Assembly (NCBI GenBank): GCA_964531165.1
Contig: CAZHEA010000001.1
Span: 62,835-126,834, forward strand
Source of the DNA: an uncultured Thiotrichaceae bacterium
Lineage (GTDB): Bacteria; Pseudomonadota; Gammaproteobacteria; SZUA-229
DNA length: 64,000 nt
Direction: 5' to 3'
Part shown: one piece after another, positions 9,421 through 18,237 of the stretch
Position numbering within the stretch: the first letter of the stretch is position 1
How the letters are laid out: each line of letters opens with the position of its first letter
The notes under the pieces: model-generated
Databases searched by the model: none
What the model was told of the DNA's origin: nothing
What the model saw: the letters and a program-made list of their open reading frames with translations, nothing else
Made by a program: the position numbers and the translations under genes

Positions 9421-11007
9421 ATGCAACGTATTATTTACATATCTGCGTACCGAGTTGGTGTTTTTCACTATCAAAACAAACAACACCCGGTTCGATTTTA
9501 TTTTGACACTACTCGTGATGCACAGATAAAATTCAGACACTATTTAATGTCTACTGATAACACTGCTGTCAATGTTCTAGTTGATTTAGACGATGAAGAC
9601 TTTATAAAAGATACCATACCCCATGTCGGCCCTATTGATAGAAAGAAAATCATTCAACGTACTATTAATCGCCATTATAAAAAACATAGTCACTATTTAC
9701 ATTACACATTAATTGGCCGTGAAAACAATGAACGCAGAAATGATGTTATACGCTACAGCCTTCTCCGTAATCCGCAAGCATTAATATCATGGTTAGATAT
9801 TTTAACTGACTGCAAAATATCTATTCGCGGTATCTGGTCCCTACCACTGCTGAGCGAAATTCTGTTATCTAAAGCCGAAATATCTGGCAAAAATATTTTA
9901 CTCATTACACAGCAGCAACCCGGCTCCTTACGGCAAACATTTATTAGTAACGGAATTTTTCAAAGCAGCCGATTAACTTCCTTTGAAGCTGATGAAATAC
10001 CCATTGGAGAGTTTATTTGTCTGCAAGTCGAATCTACTGTCCAGTTTTTATCTAACCAGAGACAGATTGAGTTTGGCCAAATTACTGAAGTTCATATCAT
10101 CTGTAATAATATTGATCAAACAGCGATACAATCGCTTTGTCCTGACACATCTTTATATACATTTCATTATCATAATCTAGAAGGCACGTATCATCTTGTA
10201 TCGGGAAAATTTGACGCTCAAATTAATTGTACTGATATTTATACCTCTATTTGTTCCACAATATTATTACCTGTTGGCCATTATGGAAATGCAGATCTAT
10301 TTAAATACTATTACCAGCGGGTTTTATCTAAGTTCATCTATGGTGCCGGTATCTTTATTTTTTTATTCAGCATGCTCTACTCTCTGTCGCTATTTTCACC
10401 CTATCAGTCACTGTCTCAACAAACCCACTTACTAACGCAGCAGAGCAAACAGATTGATAAACTATATAATCATACATTTAAAAAAATCGAACCTGAACTT
10501 GCTACAGCTAAAGCAATGCAATCTGCGGTCTTATTTAACCATACGATTAACGATTATAAGTCTTTATCACCATTAAAATTTATGTCGGATATCAGCATTA
10601 TTCTAGCCGAGTCAGGCGCTCATAATTTGTCAATAAACCATTTTAGCTGGCAATTATATCAACACACTAAAATAGTCGGCCAAAACAATAATTCTGCTCT
10701 ATCAGCCATTGATTATGCAAAACCACAAGCGATTATTCAGCAGGCTATCATCGAAGGCTTTATTGACTCACCTCGAAGTGCTTCCTCAGCAATGCAGGAC
10801 CCCATTAATACATTCGTCAGGGCACTAAACAAACACCCTCTTATAATAGAGGTTAATAGCAAACTCGAAAATATTTCAGATGCATCAAACATTACGTCAT
10901 TTAGTAATGCGAATCACCCGCATAAACACAACTCACAGCCGCAAATAACAACACGGTTTTTAATTACGATTTTAATGCAAGGCGTCAATCAGGTGACAAC
11001 GCCATGA
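9421..11007 (+). CDS. Bitopic assembly protein, tentatively GspL / MshI (PilM-PilN fusion)-like
   Basis: About 300-aa cytoplasmic part, a single TM (FIYGAGIFIFLFSMLYSLSLF) and a periplasmic tail. The position and size fit MshI/GspL. No motif I can name with certainty. Confidence 0.4.
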   Translation: MQRIIYISAYRVGVFHYQNKQHPVRFYFDTTRDAQIKFRHYLMSTDNTAVNVLVDLDDEDFIKDTIPHVGPIDRKKIIQRTINRHYKKHSHYLHYTLIGRENNERRNDVIRYSLLRNPQALISWLDILTDCKISIRGIWSLPLLSEILLSKAEISGKNILLITQQQPGSLRQTFISNGIFQSSRLTSFEADEIPIGEFICLQVESTVQFLSNQRQIEFGQITEVHIICNNIDQTAIQSLCPDTSLYTFHYHNLEGTYHLVSGKFDAQINCTDIYTSICSTILLPVGHYGNADLFKYYYQRVLSKFIYGAGIFIFLFSMLYSLSLFSPYQSLSQQTHLLTQQSKQIDKLYNHTFKKIEPELATAKAMQSAVLFNHTINDYKSLSPLKFMSDISIILAESGAHNLSINHFSWQLYQHTKIVGQNNNSALSAIDYAKPQAIIQQAIIEGFIDSPRSASSAMQDPINTFVRALNKHPLIIEVNSKLENISDASNITSFSNANHPHKHNSQPQITTRFLITILMQGVNQVTTP

Positions 11008-11642
11008 TTCTATCCCTTTTATATAAAACACGCATACCACTGACTTTTCTATTCGTTAGTGGTCTGCTATCAGCAATAATTATAAGTACAGCCATGTCAT
11101 ACAGGTATGATGCTGCTAATCATCATTCAACTGCCTTGAATAAATTAGATGTATCCCGACAAATTTATTTCACCGCCATTAATCATAATAAATTACTTGA
11201 AGTATACGGACAGCATTTTCAGCAGTTACTTAAAGACGGTATTTTTAGTGACGAAACACAGATAAATCCTGTGGTTAATGATAATTATTTAATAGATAAA
11301 TCTAAAATATCTGATATAAAATACCACTATGACCAATCTCTTGAGTTTAACAGTGTTCACTTATCAAAAATATTCCCCGGCATTTCAGTCAATATCCTGC
11401 CGCTAACATTAACCATGCAACTCCTGCATGAAGGTGATTTATATACCCTGTTAAACTCCATTGAAGACTCATCAAGCCGGCTATTTGATATTCAATCCTG
11501 CTCTATTACACGTAACCGATCATTTAGTACTTCACAACTAGTTGTCGCTGATAATAACTTTTCTGCCCGCTGTAAATTAAACTGGTACACCATAAGTTAC
11601 AGATCAACTAAAGCCGTTTTATTAAACCGGAAACAAAAATGA
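11004..11642 (+). CDS. Bitopic assembly protein, tentatively PilO/GspM/MshJ-like
   Basis: N-terminal TM (IPLTFLFVSGLLSAIIISTAM), about 210 aa, with a C-terminal LHEGDLYTLLNSIE...CKLNWYTI pattern typical of PilO/GspM ferredoxin-like domains. 4-nt overlap with its neighbours. Confidence 0.45.
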   Translation: MILSLLYKTRIPLTFLFVSGLLSAIIISTAMSYRYDAANHHSTALNKLDVSRQIYFTAINHNKLLEVYGQHFQQLLKDGIFSDETQINPVVNDNYLIDKSKISDIKYHYDQSLEFNSVHLSKIFPGISVNILPLTLTMQLLHEGDLYTLLNSIEDSSSRLFDIQSCSITRNRSFSTSQLVVADNNFSARCKLNWYTISYRSTKAVLLNRKQK

Positions 11643-12121
11643 AGCGACTATATTTCTTTATATTGTTTTATTATTCTTCAAATGCATTACCTGATACACA
11701 ACATAATACAAATGATTTACAGAAATTTTTTACCTCTACAAATATTCGCCAGCAATTAAATAAACAGCGTATTAAACGCGCTTTAAGTCCTGTCTCAAAC
11801 AGCAGTAATCCATCAGTTATGAATAAGGTCGTTACTGTCAATATGCAGGGGCTGGTTATTAGACAGGGTCACCCGCCAATTGTTTTTCTAAATAATCGTA
11901 ACACGTCAAAATCTAATATTATCAATCATTCTATAAAAATTAATAACTTCTTCCACACACAACATGATTACCGCATTCCTGTTGTCGTTAATCATAAAAC
12001 AATACTACTCAAGCCCGGACAACAATGGAGCAATACAGCCAATAAAATTATTGAAAGCTACACCATCGAAGCTAACAAATATTCACCACTAATCACTCAC
12101 ATATCAAACAAAACTAACTAA
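11639..12121 (+). CDS. Small exported protein of the filament operon (PilP/MshK-like role is only a guess)
   Basis: Signal-peptide-like N-terminus (MKRLYFFILFYYSSNA), 160 aa, translationally coupled (4-nt overlap). Confidence 0.3.
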   Translation: MKRLYFFILFYYSSNALPDTQHNTNDLQKFFTSTNIRQQLNKQRIKRALSPVSNSSNPSVMNKVVTVNMQGLVIRQGHPPIVFLNNRNTSKSNIINHSIKINNFFHTQHDYRIPVVVNHKTILLKPGQQWSNTANKIIESYTIEANKYSPLITHISNKTN

Positions 12122-12134
12122 TACGTATTTTGCT

Positions 12135-13670
12135 ATGAAAAATTTTATTCTCACTCCGACAACGGATAAACAAAAAGGCAGTGCACTCTTATTGTTTGTA
12201 TTCGCGCTGCTTTTTACTGGTATTACTATCATCATTACCAACCTTCCGAAAAATATTAATGTTAAGCAACAGAACCAGACCACTCTTGCATTATCCAAAG
12301 CCCGTCAGGCGCTAATTGCTTATGCTGTAAGTAATTATTATCGAACCAATCTGAATACACGCGAAATATTGGCTGGCTGGCACGGCTACCTGCCATGCCC
12401 TGAAACCACCTCCGGCTCTGAGGGTACACAGGATGCAAACTGCAATGCATTTAGAATCAATGCATTAGGCCGTTTACCCTGGAAAACGCTTAATATAGAG
12501 CCGCTTAAAGACTCTAGCGGACAGTGTCTTTGGTATGCGGTAAGTGCAGCTTATAAATTCGGTCCGAAGCAGCTGCATAATGCGGACTCTTTGGGAATGT
12601 TTGACATTTATAATACACAGGGTCAGAAACTCAACTCTGATGTACCTGAAGATCGTATTGTTGCTATTGTTCTCGCACCCGGCCCACAACTCTCCGGCCA
12701 GAACCGGAGTATTCAAAATTCTGCCTTACCCTGTGGAAATCTACAGAGCTCCATTCATGCCGGTGATTATCTTGACACCATTAATAATATCAATAATGCT
12801 CTGATCTCAAATGACACCGATCAGATTGATAGCTTTGCCGGGTTACAATCGAATATTAGCTTGTTAATGTTTAACGATCGATTTATTACAATTACCCGTG
12901 GCGATATTTTTGCTGCTATTACCACTCAAACCAAAACTTCGCGCCCCCCCTCTGAAGTACAGGTTAATGCACTGGATCATCAGCTTCTAAATCTCGGCAG
13001 CATCCTCGCTCAATGTCTTGTCACTTATGCGCAAACCGGCAGCTTAAAATTTCCCAGACCGGCGGCCGTCGATTTAAATCTAAATACTATAACCGATGAT
13101 TATCGTAATAGCAGAAACTATATTGACAGTGTAAACCATATTAATGGTTATCTTGGACGCCTGCCGATTGTGCTTACTCATTCAAACTTACTAACATCAC
13201 AAAGCCGTACATTTTTAATCGACTACTGTCCTCAGCAGTTACTAACTGCTGCTCATATTCGACTTTGGAATGACTGGAAAGACCATTTCTTTTTTGTTAT
13301 CGGGCGGGATTTTTCACCTGACTCTCTGCAACTTACAGCTACTTGCACCTCTACCTCATGCCCATCAGTTGCAGGTCAAAACTTCGCCGCTTTAATTATT
13401 TTTGCTAACGATGCAATTACAGACAATCAGATATACCAACTAAGACGCGATTCAGACATTGAGCCTCAAGAACAAAACCCGTCTGATTTAAAAGGTAATA
13501 TTGCTAATTATCTAGAAGGTGTTAATGCCACAAACTTTGGTACTCAATCGCTCGGTAGCTATAGCCTGACCGCAGGCAATGATATCTTTATTGGTATCGA
13601 TGTTAATATGAATATTACCTGCTTTAATCCTGACTCAAATTTAGCCGCTATCTCATGTCCGAATCTTTAA
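12135..13670 (+). CDS. Large PilX_N-like pilin-related protein (511 aa)
   Basis: N-terminus ...KQKGSALLLFVFALLFTGITIIITNL resembles PilX N-terminal anchors. Cys-containing globular part with GYLPCPE and LGRLPWKTL motifs shared with the next ORF. Confidence 0.45.
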   Translation: MKNFILTPTTDKQKGSALLLFVFALLFTGITIIITNLPKNINVKQQNQTTLALSKARQALIAYAVSNYYRTNLNTREILAGWHGYLPCPETTSGSEGTQDANCNAFRINALGRLPWKTLNIEPLKDSSGQCLWYAVSAAYKFGPKQLHNADSLGMFDIYNTQGQKLNSDVPEDRIVAIVLAPGPQLSGQNRSIQNSALPCGNLQSSIHAGDYLDTINNINNALISNDTDQIDSFAGLQSNISLLMFNDRFITITRGDIFAAITTQTKTSRPPSEVQVNALDHQLLNLGSILAQCLVTYAQTGSLKFPRPAAVDLNLNTITDDYRNSRNYIDSVNHINGYLGRLPIVLTHSNLLTSQSRTFLIDYCPQQLLTAAHIRLWNDWKDHFFFVIGRDFSPDSLQLTATCTSTSCPSVAGQNFAALIIFANDAITDNQIYQLRRDSDIEPQEQNPSDLKGNIANYLEGVNATNFGTQSLGSYSLTAGNDIFIGIDVNMNITCFNPDSNLAAISCPNL

Positions 13671-14476
13671 CTTATAGTCGAGTCAGTGCAGTCAGAAGTT
13701 CTGGCTTTACACTACTTGAGCTGGCCGTGGTAATGGTAATACTCAGCTTTGTTTTAAGTTCTGCATTTATGTCAGTTAGCGCCTTAAGAAAATCGTCCCG
13801 TTTTATCGACGCAAGACACCATCTCAATAATATTGAATCGGCGCTTTATGGTTTTGCTATTGCCTATGATCGCTTACCCTGTCCAACCATGCCCGGCAGA
13901 GGTGCGCAATCTATTCCATTAAATCCACTGTCCGACTGCGCAGATGCCAATGCAATTAATGGTTATATTGGTTTCGTACCGTCCGCCGCACTGGGCATTA
14001 GCGGTCCGGTTAATTGTGATGGTTTATTAATTGACCCATGGGGCCGACCTTACCGCTACAGTGTAACCATGGCTGATGCCGGTCTGGTACCCGGAGGTGA
14101 CTTTATCACCGGTGGCGGCATTCACAATGAAGGCATGGAAAATGTAAGGCCAAATTTACGTATCTGTCGTGATATTGATGCAGGATGTTCATCGAGCACA
14201 AGTGCTGGTAATATCATTACTCAAAATGCGGTGGCGGTCGTTTTTTCTATGGGGGAACCGGCTACAAACAGTAATGCCGAAAATGAGAATGCCGGCGAAG
14301 ACGGCAGAACCGTTGCCAGCCAGTGTGAACTTGCTGATTATGAACTGGGCAACGATACTAATTACTATTCATCGCCCATTATTGAGGTCGATAGTCGACA
14401 TTATGATGATATATTAATCTGGATTTCACCGACTATCTTATTTAACAAGTTACTTGAAGCCCGGCGCCTGCCATAA
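13655..14476 (+). CDS. Prepilin-type protein with a GspG-like domain and a long leader peptide (273 aa)
   Basis: SSG/FTLLELAVVMVIL prepilin cleavage/methylation motif after a 17-aa leader. DPWGRPYRY resembles the GspG signature DPWGNPY. LPCP motif. 16-nt overlap with the upstream ORF. Confidence 0.7.
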   Translation: MSESLTYSRVSAVRSSGFTLLELAVVMVILSFVLSSAFMSVSALRKSSRFIDARHHLNNIESALYGFAIAYDRLPCPTMPGRGAQSIPLNPLSDCADANAINGYIGFVPSAALGISGPVNCDGLLIDPWGRPYRYSVTMADAGLVPGGDFITGGGIHNEGMENVRPNLRICRDIDAGCSSSTSAGNIITQNAVAVVFSMGEPATNSNAENENAGEDGRTVASQCELADYELGNDTNYYSSPIIEVDSRHYDDILIWISPTILFNKLLEARRLP

Positions 14477-14489
14477 CCTGACTACGACA

Positions 14490-14762
14490 ATGAATTTTAT
14501 TATGCCTTTAGAAGAACTATTCGGATGGATTGCATCCGTACTGACTACGCTTATTTTTATACCTCAGATAATGAAAGCACTAAAAACCCGACTCACTAAT
14601 GATATTTCTATGTTAATGATGATTCTGGCCGTTCTGGGAAATGCTGCCTGGCTGACTCATGCCAGCCTTACCGGTAATGTACCGTTAATAGTTTGTGCTA
14701 CCTTAATTATCTTTATGAGTTTGTTTTTAATCGGCTTTAAAATAATTAACGAACGACATTAA
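14490..14762 (+). CDS. SemiSWEET / PQ-loop family small transporter
   Basis: About 90 aa, three TM helices, PQ motif (IFIPQIMKALKTR). I prefer the ATG at 14490, because the track start at 14454 overlaps the preceding stop region. Confidence 0.6.
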   Translation: MNFIMPLEELFGWIASVLTTLIFIPQIMKALKTRLTNDISMLMMILAVLGNAAWLTHASLTGNVPLIVCATLIIFMSLFLIGFKIINERH

Positions 14763-14796
14763 TCTTACTGTGTAATACATTAGCTAATAGTACTAC

Positions 14797-15441
14797 TTAA
14801 GCATTCTGTTGGTTTTTCAATCTTTGCTTAAGGTTTCTCATGATTTTAAAGGGCAGTGCTTTCTGTATAATATTAATTATCCAGTTAGGCAACCAGCCTT
14901 TGGGATCGGCGTGATATATCAGCACAACCTCTGTTGTATTATCATCTATCTTAGTTAATACATAAGTAGTTTCAAATAAGTCGGCACGTATTTTACTATT
15001 ATTAACCGGCATCAGTACTGACTCAACAGACTTCATTGTATATATCAACTTATTATTTTCTGCCGATATTAATTCAATTTCATAAACAAAATCCCGATCT
15101 GATGCTGGCCATGGCGCATAAAAATGACTGTATTCTACTTTTTTATTATTTTTATACTCTACTAATGTTTTCGATAAAACTAAAAATGGAATCCACTCAT
15201 GTCGATGATCAACATCATCCAGTATCATCTTAATATCATTTAATGGTGCATTTATAACTGTTCTGGCTTTTGACTTTACGATACTGGAATAAGCCATTTC
15301 TCGAGTATATACCTGAATACCATTATCATCAGTTACCTGTTTCCATATTTTTATAGCATTGTCAGCAAACACAACTGTAGGTGTTATACATGTAATACAA
15401 ATCAGATATATTCTAAATTTCACTGTGTTGAACACACTCAC
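14797..15441 (-). CDS. Exported START-domain (lipid-binding) protein
   Basis: Signal peptide, then START hallmarks (W..V.D.NGIQVYTR, APWPASDRDFVYE, ADPKGWLPNW). GTGA start/stop overlap with modC. The real start may be the GTG at 15423. Confidence 0.7.
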   Translation of the reverse strand: MSVFNTVKFRIYLICITCITPTVVFADNAIKIWKQVTDDNGIQVYTREMAYSSIVKSKARTVINAPLNDIKMILDDVDHRHEWIPFLVLSKTLVEYKNNKKVEYSHFYAPWPASDRDFVYEIELISAENNKLIYTMKSVESVLMPVNNSKIRADLFETTYVLTKIDDNTTEVVLIYHADPKGWLPNWIINIIQKALPFKIMRNLKQRLKNQQNA

Positions 15442-16529
15442 TTGATTAGTGCAGTGGCTTTAAACTGAGCAAACATTTTCTTGCCCTGTTCAATTTTTAA
15501 TAACTTAACAGACCGGTGACTTATCATCGCCATCAGCATTTGCTGCTTAGCACTATCACCACCTAATGTTGCTATCACACGTAGCTTACCGCTTTTATCT
15601 GACTGTACCTTTTCAATACACACCGGAATACAGTTTAAAATACTGCTGTCTTTCGGAGGACTTAAGCACAGGCTAACATCTCTGGCATGAATTAAAATAC
15701 GTAAAGTTTGTTGTTCGACTTTATTCTCAGCCGCTATCAAAATATTTTCACCACAATCAACCTGTAGTAAATTTTCTTCTTCATATACTTCAGTGACTTT
15801 GCCTTCTAAAATAAAGCTGGCGCCTTCCTGCTGAGTTAGTAAGGGCTGTCGGATACATAAATCAGCTATATCACCCTTATCAATAATTTTCCCTTTATCC
15901 ATCACCACAATATAGTCTGCCAGCCGTAACACTTCCTGTATATCATGGCTAACATATATGATCGGTATGTTTAACGCTTTATGTATATACTCAATATATG
16001 GTAACAACACCTGCCTTGACTGATAATCCAGCGCAGATAAAGGCTCATCTAAAATCAATAATTCTGGTTGTGATAATAATGCGCGAACCATTACTACTCG
16101 TTGTTTCTGCCCGCCGGATAACTGTTCTGGAAAATGCTGCAACAAATTTTCTATTTTAAAAGTTGCAATTAAATCAGCAGGCACCAAATCACTATTACAC
16201 CGGTTATATCCAAACAATATATTGTCTTCTACACTGAGATGCGGAAAAAGGCGATAATCCTGAAATACATAAGCAATATGTCTAAACCATGGTTTAAGAT
16301 TAATCTTGTTCTGTGAATCATCAATGACTCTGTCGTTTATAATTAAACTGGATTGGCATTGGTCAGCATTTTTATGCTGCTGTTGGTCTATCCCTGCAAT
16401 TAAATTTAGTACACTGGTTTTTCCTGAGCCAGATGGGCCAAATAAAACCGTAATACCTGTCGGTGGTATACTAAAATCTACATCCAGAGAAAACTTATTT
16501 AACTGCTTCTTATATCTGATTTTAATCAT
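15438..16529 (-). CDS. modC: Molybdate ABC transporter ATP-binding protein
   Basis: Walker A GPSGSGKTS, signature LSGGQKQRV, Walker B LLILDEP and a C-terminal TOBE-like domain. Follows modA-modB. Confidence 0.85.
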   Translation of the reverse strand: MIKIRYKKQLNKFSLDVDFSIPPTGITVLFGPSGSGKTSVLNLIAGIDQQQHKNADQCQSSLIINDRVIDDSQNKINLKPWFRHIAYVFQDYRLFPHLSVEDNILFGYNRCNSDLVPADLIATFKIENLLQHFPEQLSGGQKQRVVMVRALLSQPELLILDEPLSALDYQSRQVLLPYIEYIHKALNIPIIYVSHDIQEVLRLADYIVVMDKGKIIDKGDIADLCIRQPLLTQQEGASFILEGKVTEVYEEENLLQVDCGENILIAAENKVEQQTLRILIHARDVSLCLSPPKDSSILNCIPVCIEKVQSDKSGKLRVIATLGGDSAKQQMLMAMISHRSVKLLKIEQGKKMFAQFKATALIK

Positions 16530-17197
16530 TACAGTTTCACCATTAACTTTCTGTTGAGTGAATAGGTAATAAATAAAACAACAAATGAAAACGTTAATAA
16601 ACCAACTGAATAATAATGTGCCTGAGTATATTCTAGAACTTCCACATGATCATATATCACTATAGACAGAACCTGCGTCACTTCAGGAATGTTTCCACCA
16701 ATCATAAGCACAACACCAAATTCACCGACCGTATGCGCAAAACCAAGTGTTATTGCCACCAGAAAACCACGCCGGGAAAGTGGCAGTACAATATGCCTGA
16801 AAGTATCAACAGCATTTGCACCCAACGTATTTGCGGCCTGTTGTAAAGGCTTACCGACCATTTCAAAGCTGGCTTGCAATGGCTGCACCACAAAGGGCAT
16901 TGAATATAGTACCGAACCAATTACCAGTCCGCTAAAACTAAAACTCAAGGGAGTGTCACTTATATAAGACCAGATATTTCCTATAAAGCCATTCGGGCTT
17001 AATGCCAGTAATAAGTAAAAACCTAAAACAGTTGGTGGTAGCACCAGTGGCAATGCAACGACCGACTCTATAAAAATTTTAAATTTACTTTGCGTTATCG
17101 ATAACCACCAGGCTAGTGGTGTACCAATGATTAATAAAATAAGAACCGTAAGAGTGGCAAGCTTTAGAGTTACGATAATCGGTGCCAGCTCTATCAA
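16529..17197 (-). CDS. modB: Molybdate ABC transporter permease
   Basis: 222 aa, about 5 TM helices, with an EAA-type loop (AANTLGANAVDTFRHIVLP). Confidence 0.85.
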   Translation of the reverse strand: MIELAPIIVTLKLATLTVLILLIIGTPLAWWLSITQSKFKIFIESVVALPLVLPPTVLGFYLLLALSPNGFIGNIWSYISDTPLSFSFSGLVIGSVLYSMPFVVQPLQASFEMVGKPLQQAANTLGANAVDTFRHIVLPLSRRGFLVAITLGFAHTVGEFGVVLMIGGNIPEVTQVLSIVIYDHVEVLEYTQAHYYSVGLLTFSFVVLFITYSLNRKLMVKL

Positions 17198-17940
17198 TGC
17201 CCATATCCATCATTTTCAATCACTTTTTGAATAGCCGGGCTTTGTATGTATTGTAGGAATTCTCTAGCGGTTTGTAACTGTTTGCTTTGTTTCAAAATAA
17301 CAACTGTCTGGTTTATCGGCTTATGCATATAACTGTCGATTTCCCAATACATATCATCAATTACATATGACCGGGCAACCAGGCCTAATTCTGCTGCGCC
17401 GGATTGAACAAACTGCACGGTTTGCGAAATATTTTCTCCATATACCAGCTTTGATTTAAGCCCATCATACAACTCCATTTCTTTTAAAACTTCGATACTG
17501 GCTTTACCATAAGGTGCTGTTTTAGGATTTGCGATAGCCAGTTTTTTAAAGTCTTGCTTAATCAGCTGCTCTCTGAGTTGTTGTGAACTGTCCGCATCAG
17601 GCGTCCATAAAACCAGTCGGCCTACGGCGTAGATCAATGATTTTTGACTGTCATCTATATCCTGTGTTCTAGCCTGTTTAATCAGCTTATCAGGGCGCAC
17701 TTCATCTGCTGAAAAAAACACGTCGTAGGGAGCGCCTTGCATAATTTGAGCATACAATTTACCGGTAGAACCACGAATAATGGTTATTTTATTTTTTGTG
17801 ATCGCCTCATAACTTTGTTTTATTTTAACTAATGTCGGATAAAAATTTGCTGCACTGGCAACACGTAATTCAACTGGCTTTTCTGTGCCATTACAAATTA
17901 AAGGCACTGACAATATTAGCAGCAGAAAAAATCTGCGCAT
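17194..17940 (-). CDS. modA: Molybdate-binding periplasmic protein
   Basis: Signal peptide, about 250 aa. AAN..P....I...Y and VFFSAD motifs typical of ModA. In an operon with modBC. Confidence 0.8.
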   Translation of the reverse strand: MRRFFLLLILSVPLICNGTEKPVELRVASAANFYPTLVKIKQSYEAITKNKITIIRGSTGKLYAQIMQGAPYDVFFSADEVRPDKLIKQARTQDIDDSQKSLIYAVGRLVLWTPDADSSQQLREQLIKQDFKKLAIANPKTAPYGKASIEVLKEMELYDGLKSKLVYGENISQTVQFVQSGAAELGLVARSYVIDDMYWEIDSYMHKPINQTVVILKQSKQLQTAREFLQYIQSPAIQKVIENDGYGH

Positions 17941-17942
17941 AA

Positions 17943-18224
17943 TTAGTCGCCTATTTGCTCTATGTAGGTGCGCGAAATAGGCGTTTGCACATAACGTTTT
18001 TTACCATCAATATTTGTCCAGAAATAATAATATCCTTTTTCAGGTTCGGCAGTAACTTTACTATTTTTTACAAACCATGTTTTTACATGTGATCCCTCTG
18101 CAAAAGTCACTTTATAATTGCCCTCTAACCAGGTAACGCCTAAGCGTGAAAATTTATTCTGTTGTTCTTCTGTACACGCCGATATTAAAATACCAAGCAG
18201 ACTTATGATGATTATTTTTTTCAT
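17943..18224 (-). CDS. Small lipoprotein, unknown function
   Basis: Lipobox LISAC, 93 aa. Lies 2 nt upstream of modA. Confidence 0.5.
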   Translation of the reverse strand: MKKIIIISLLGILISACTEEQQNKFSRLGVTWLEGNYKVTFAEGSHVKTWFVKNSKVTAEPEKGYYYFWTNIDGKKRYVQTPISRTYIEQIGD

Positions 18225-18237
18225 TAAATTATTCGCT

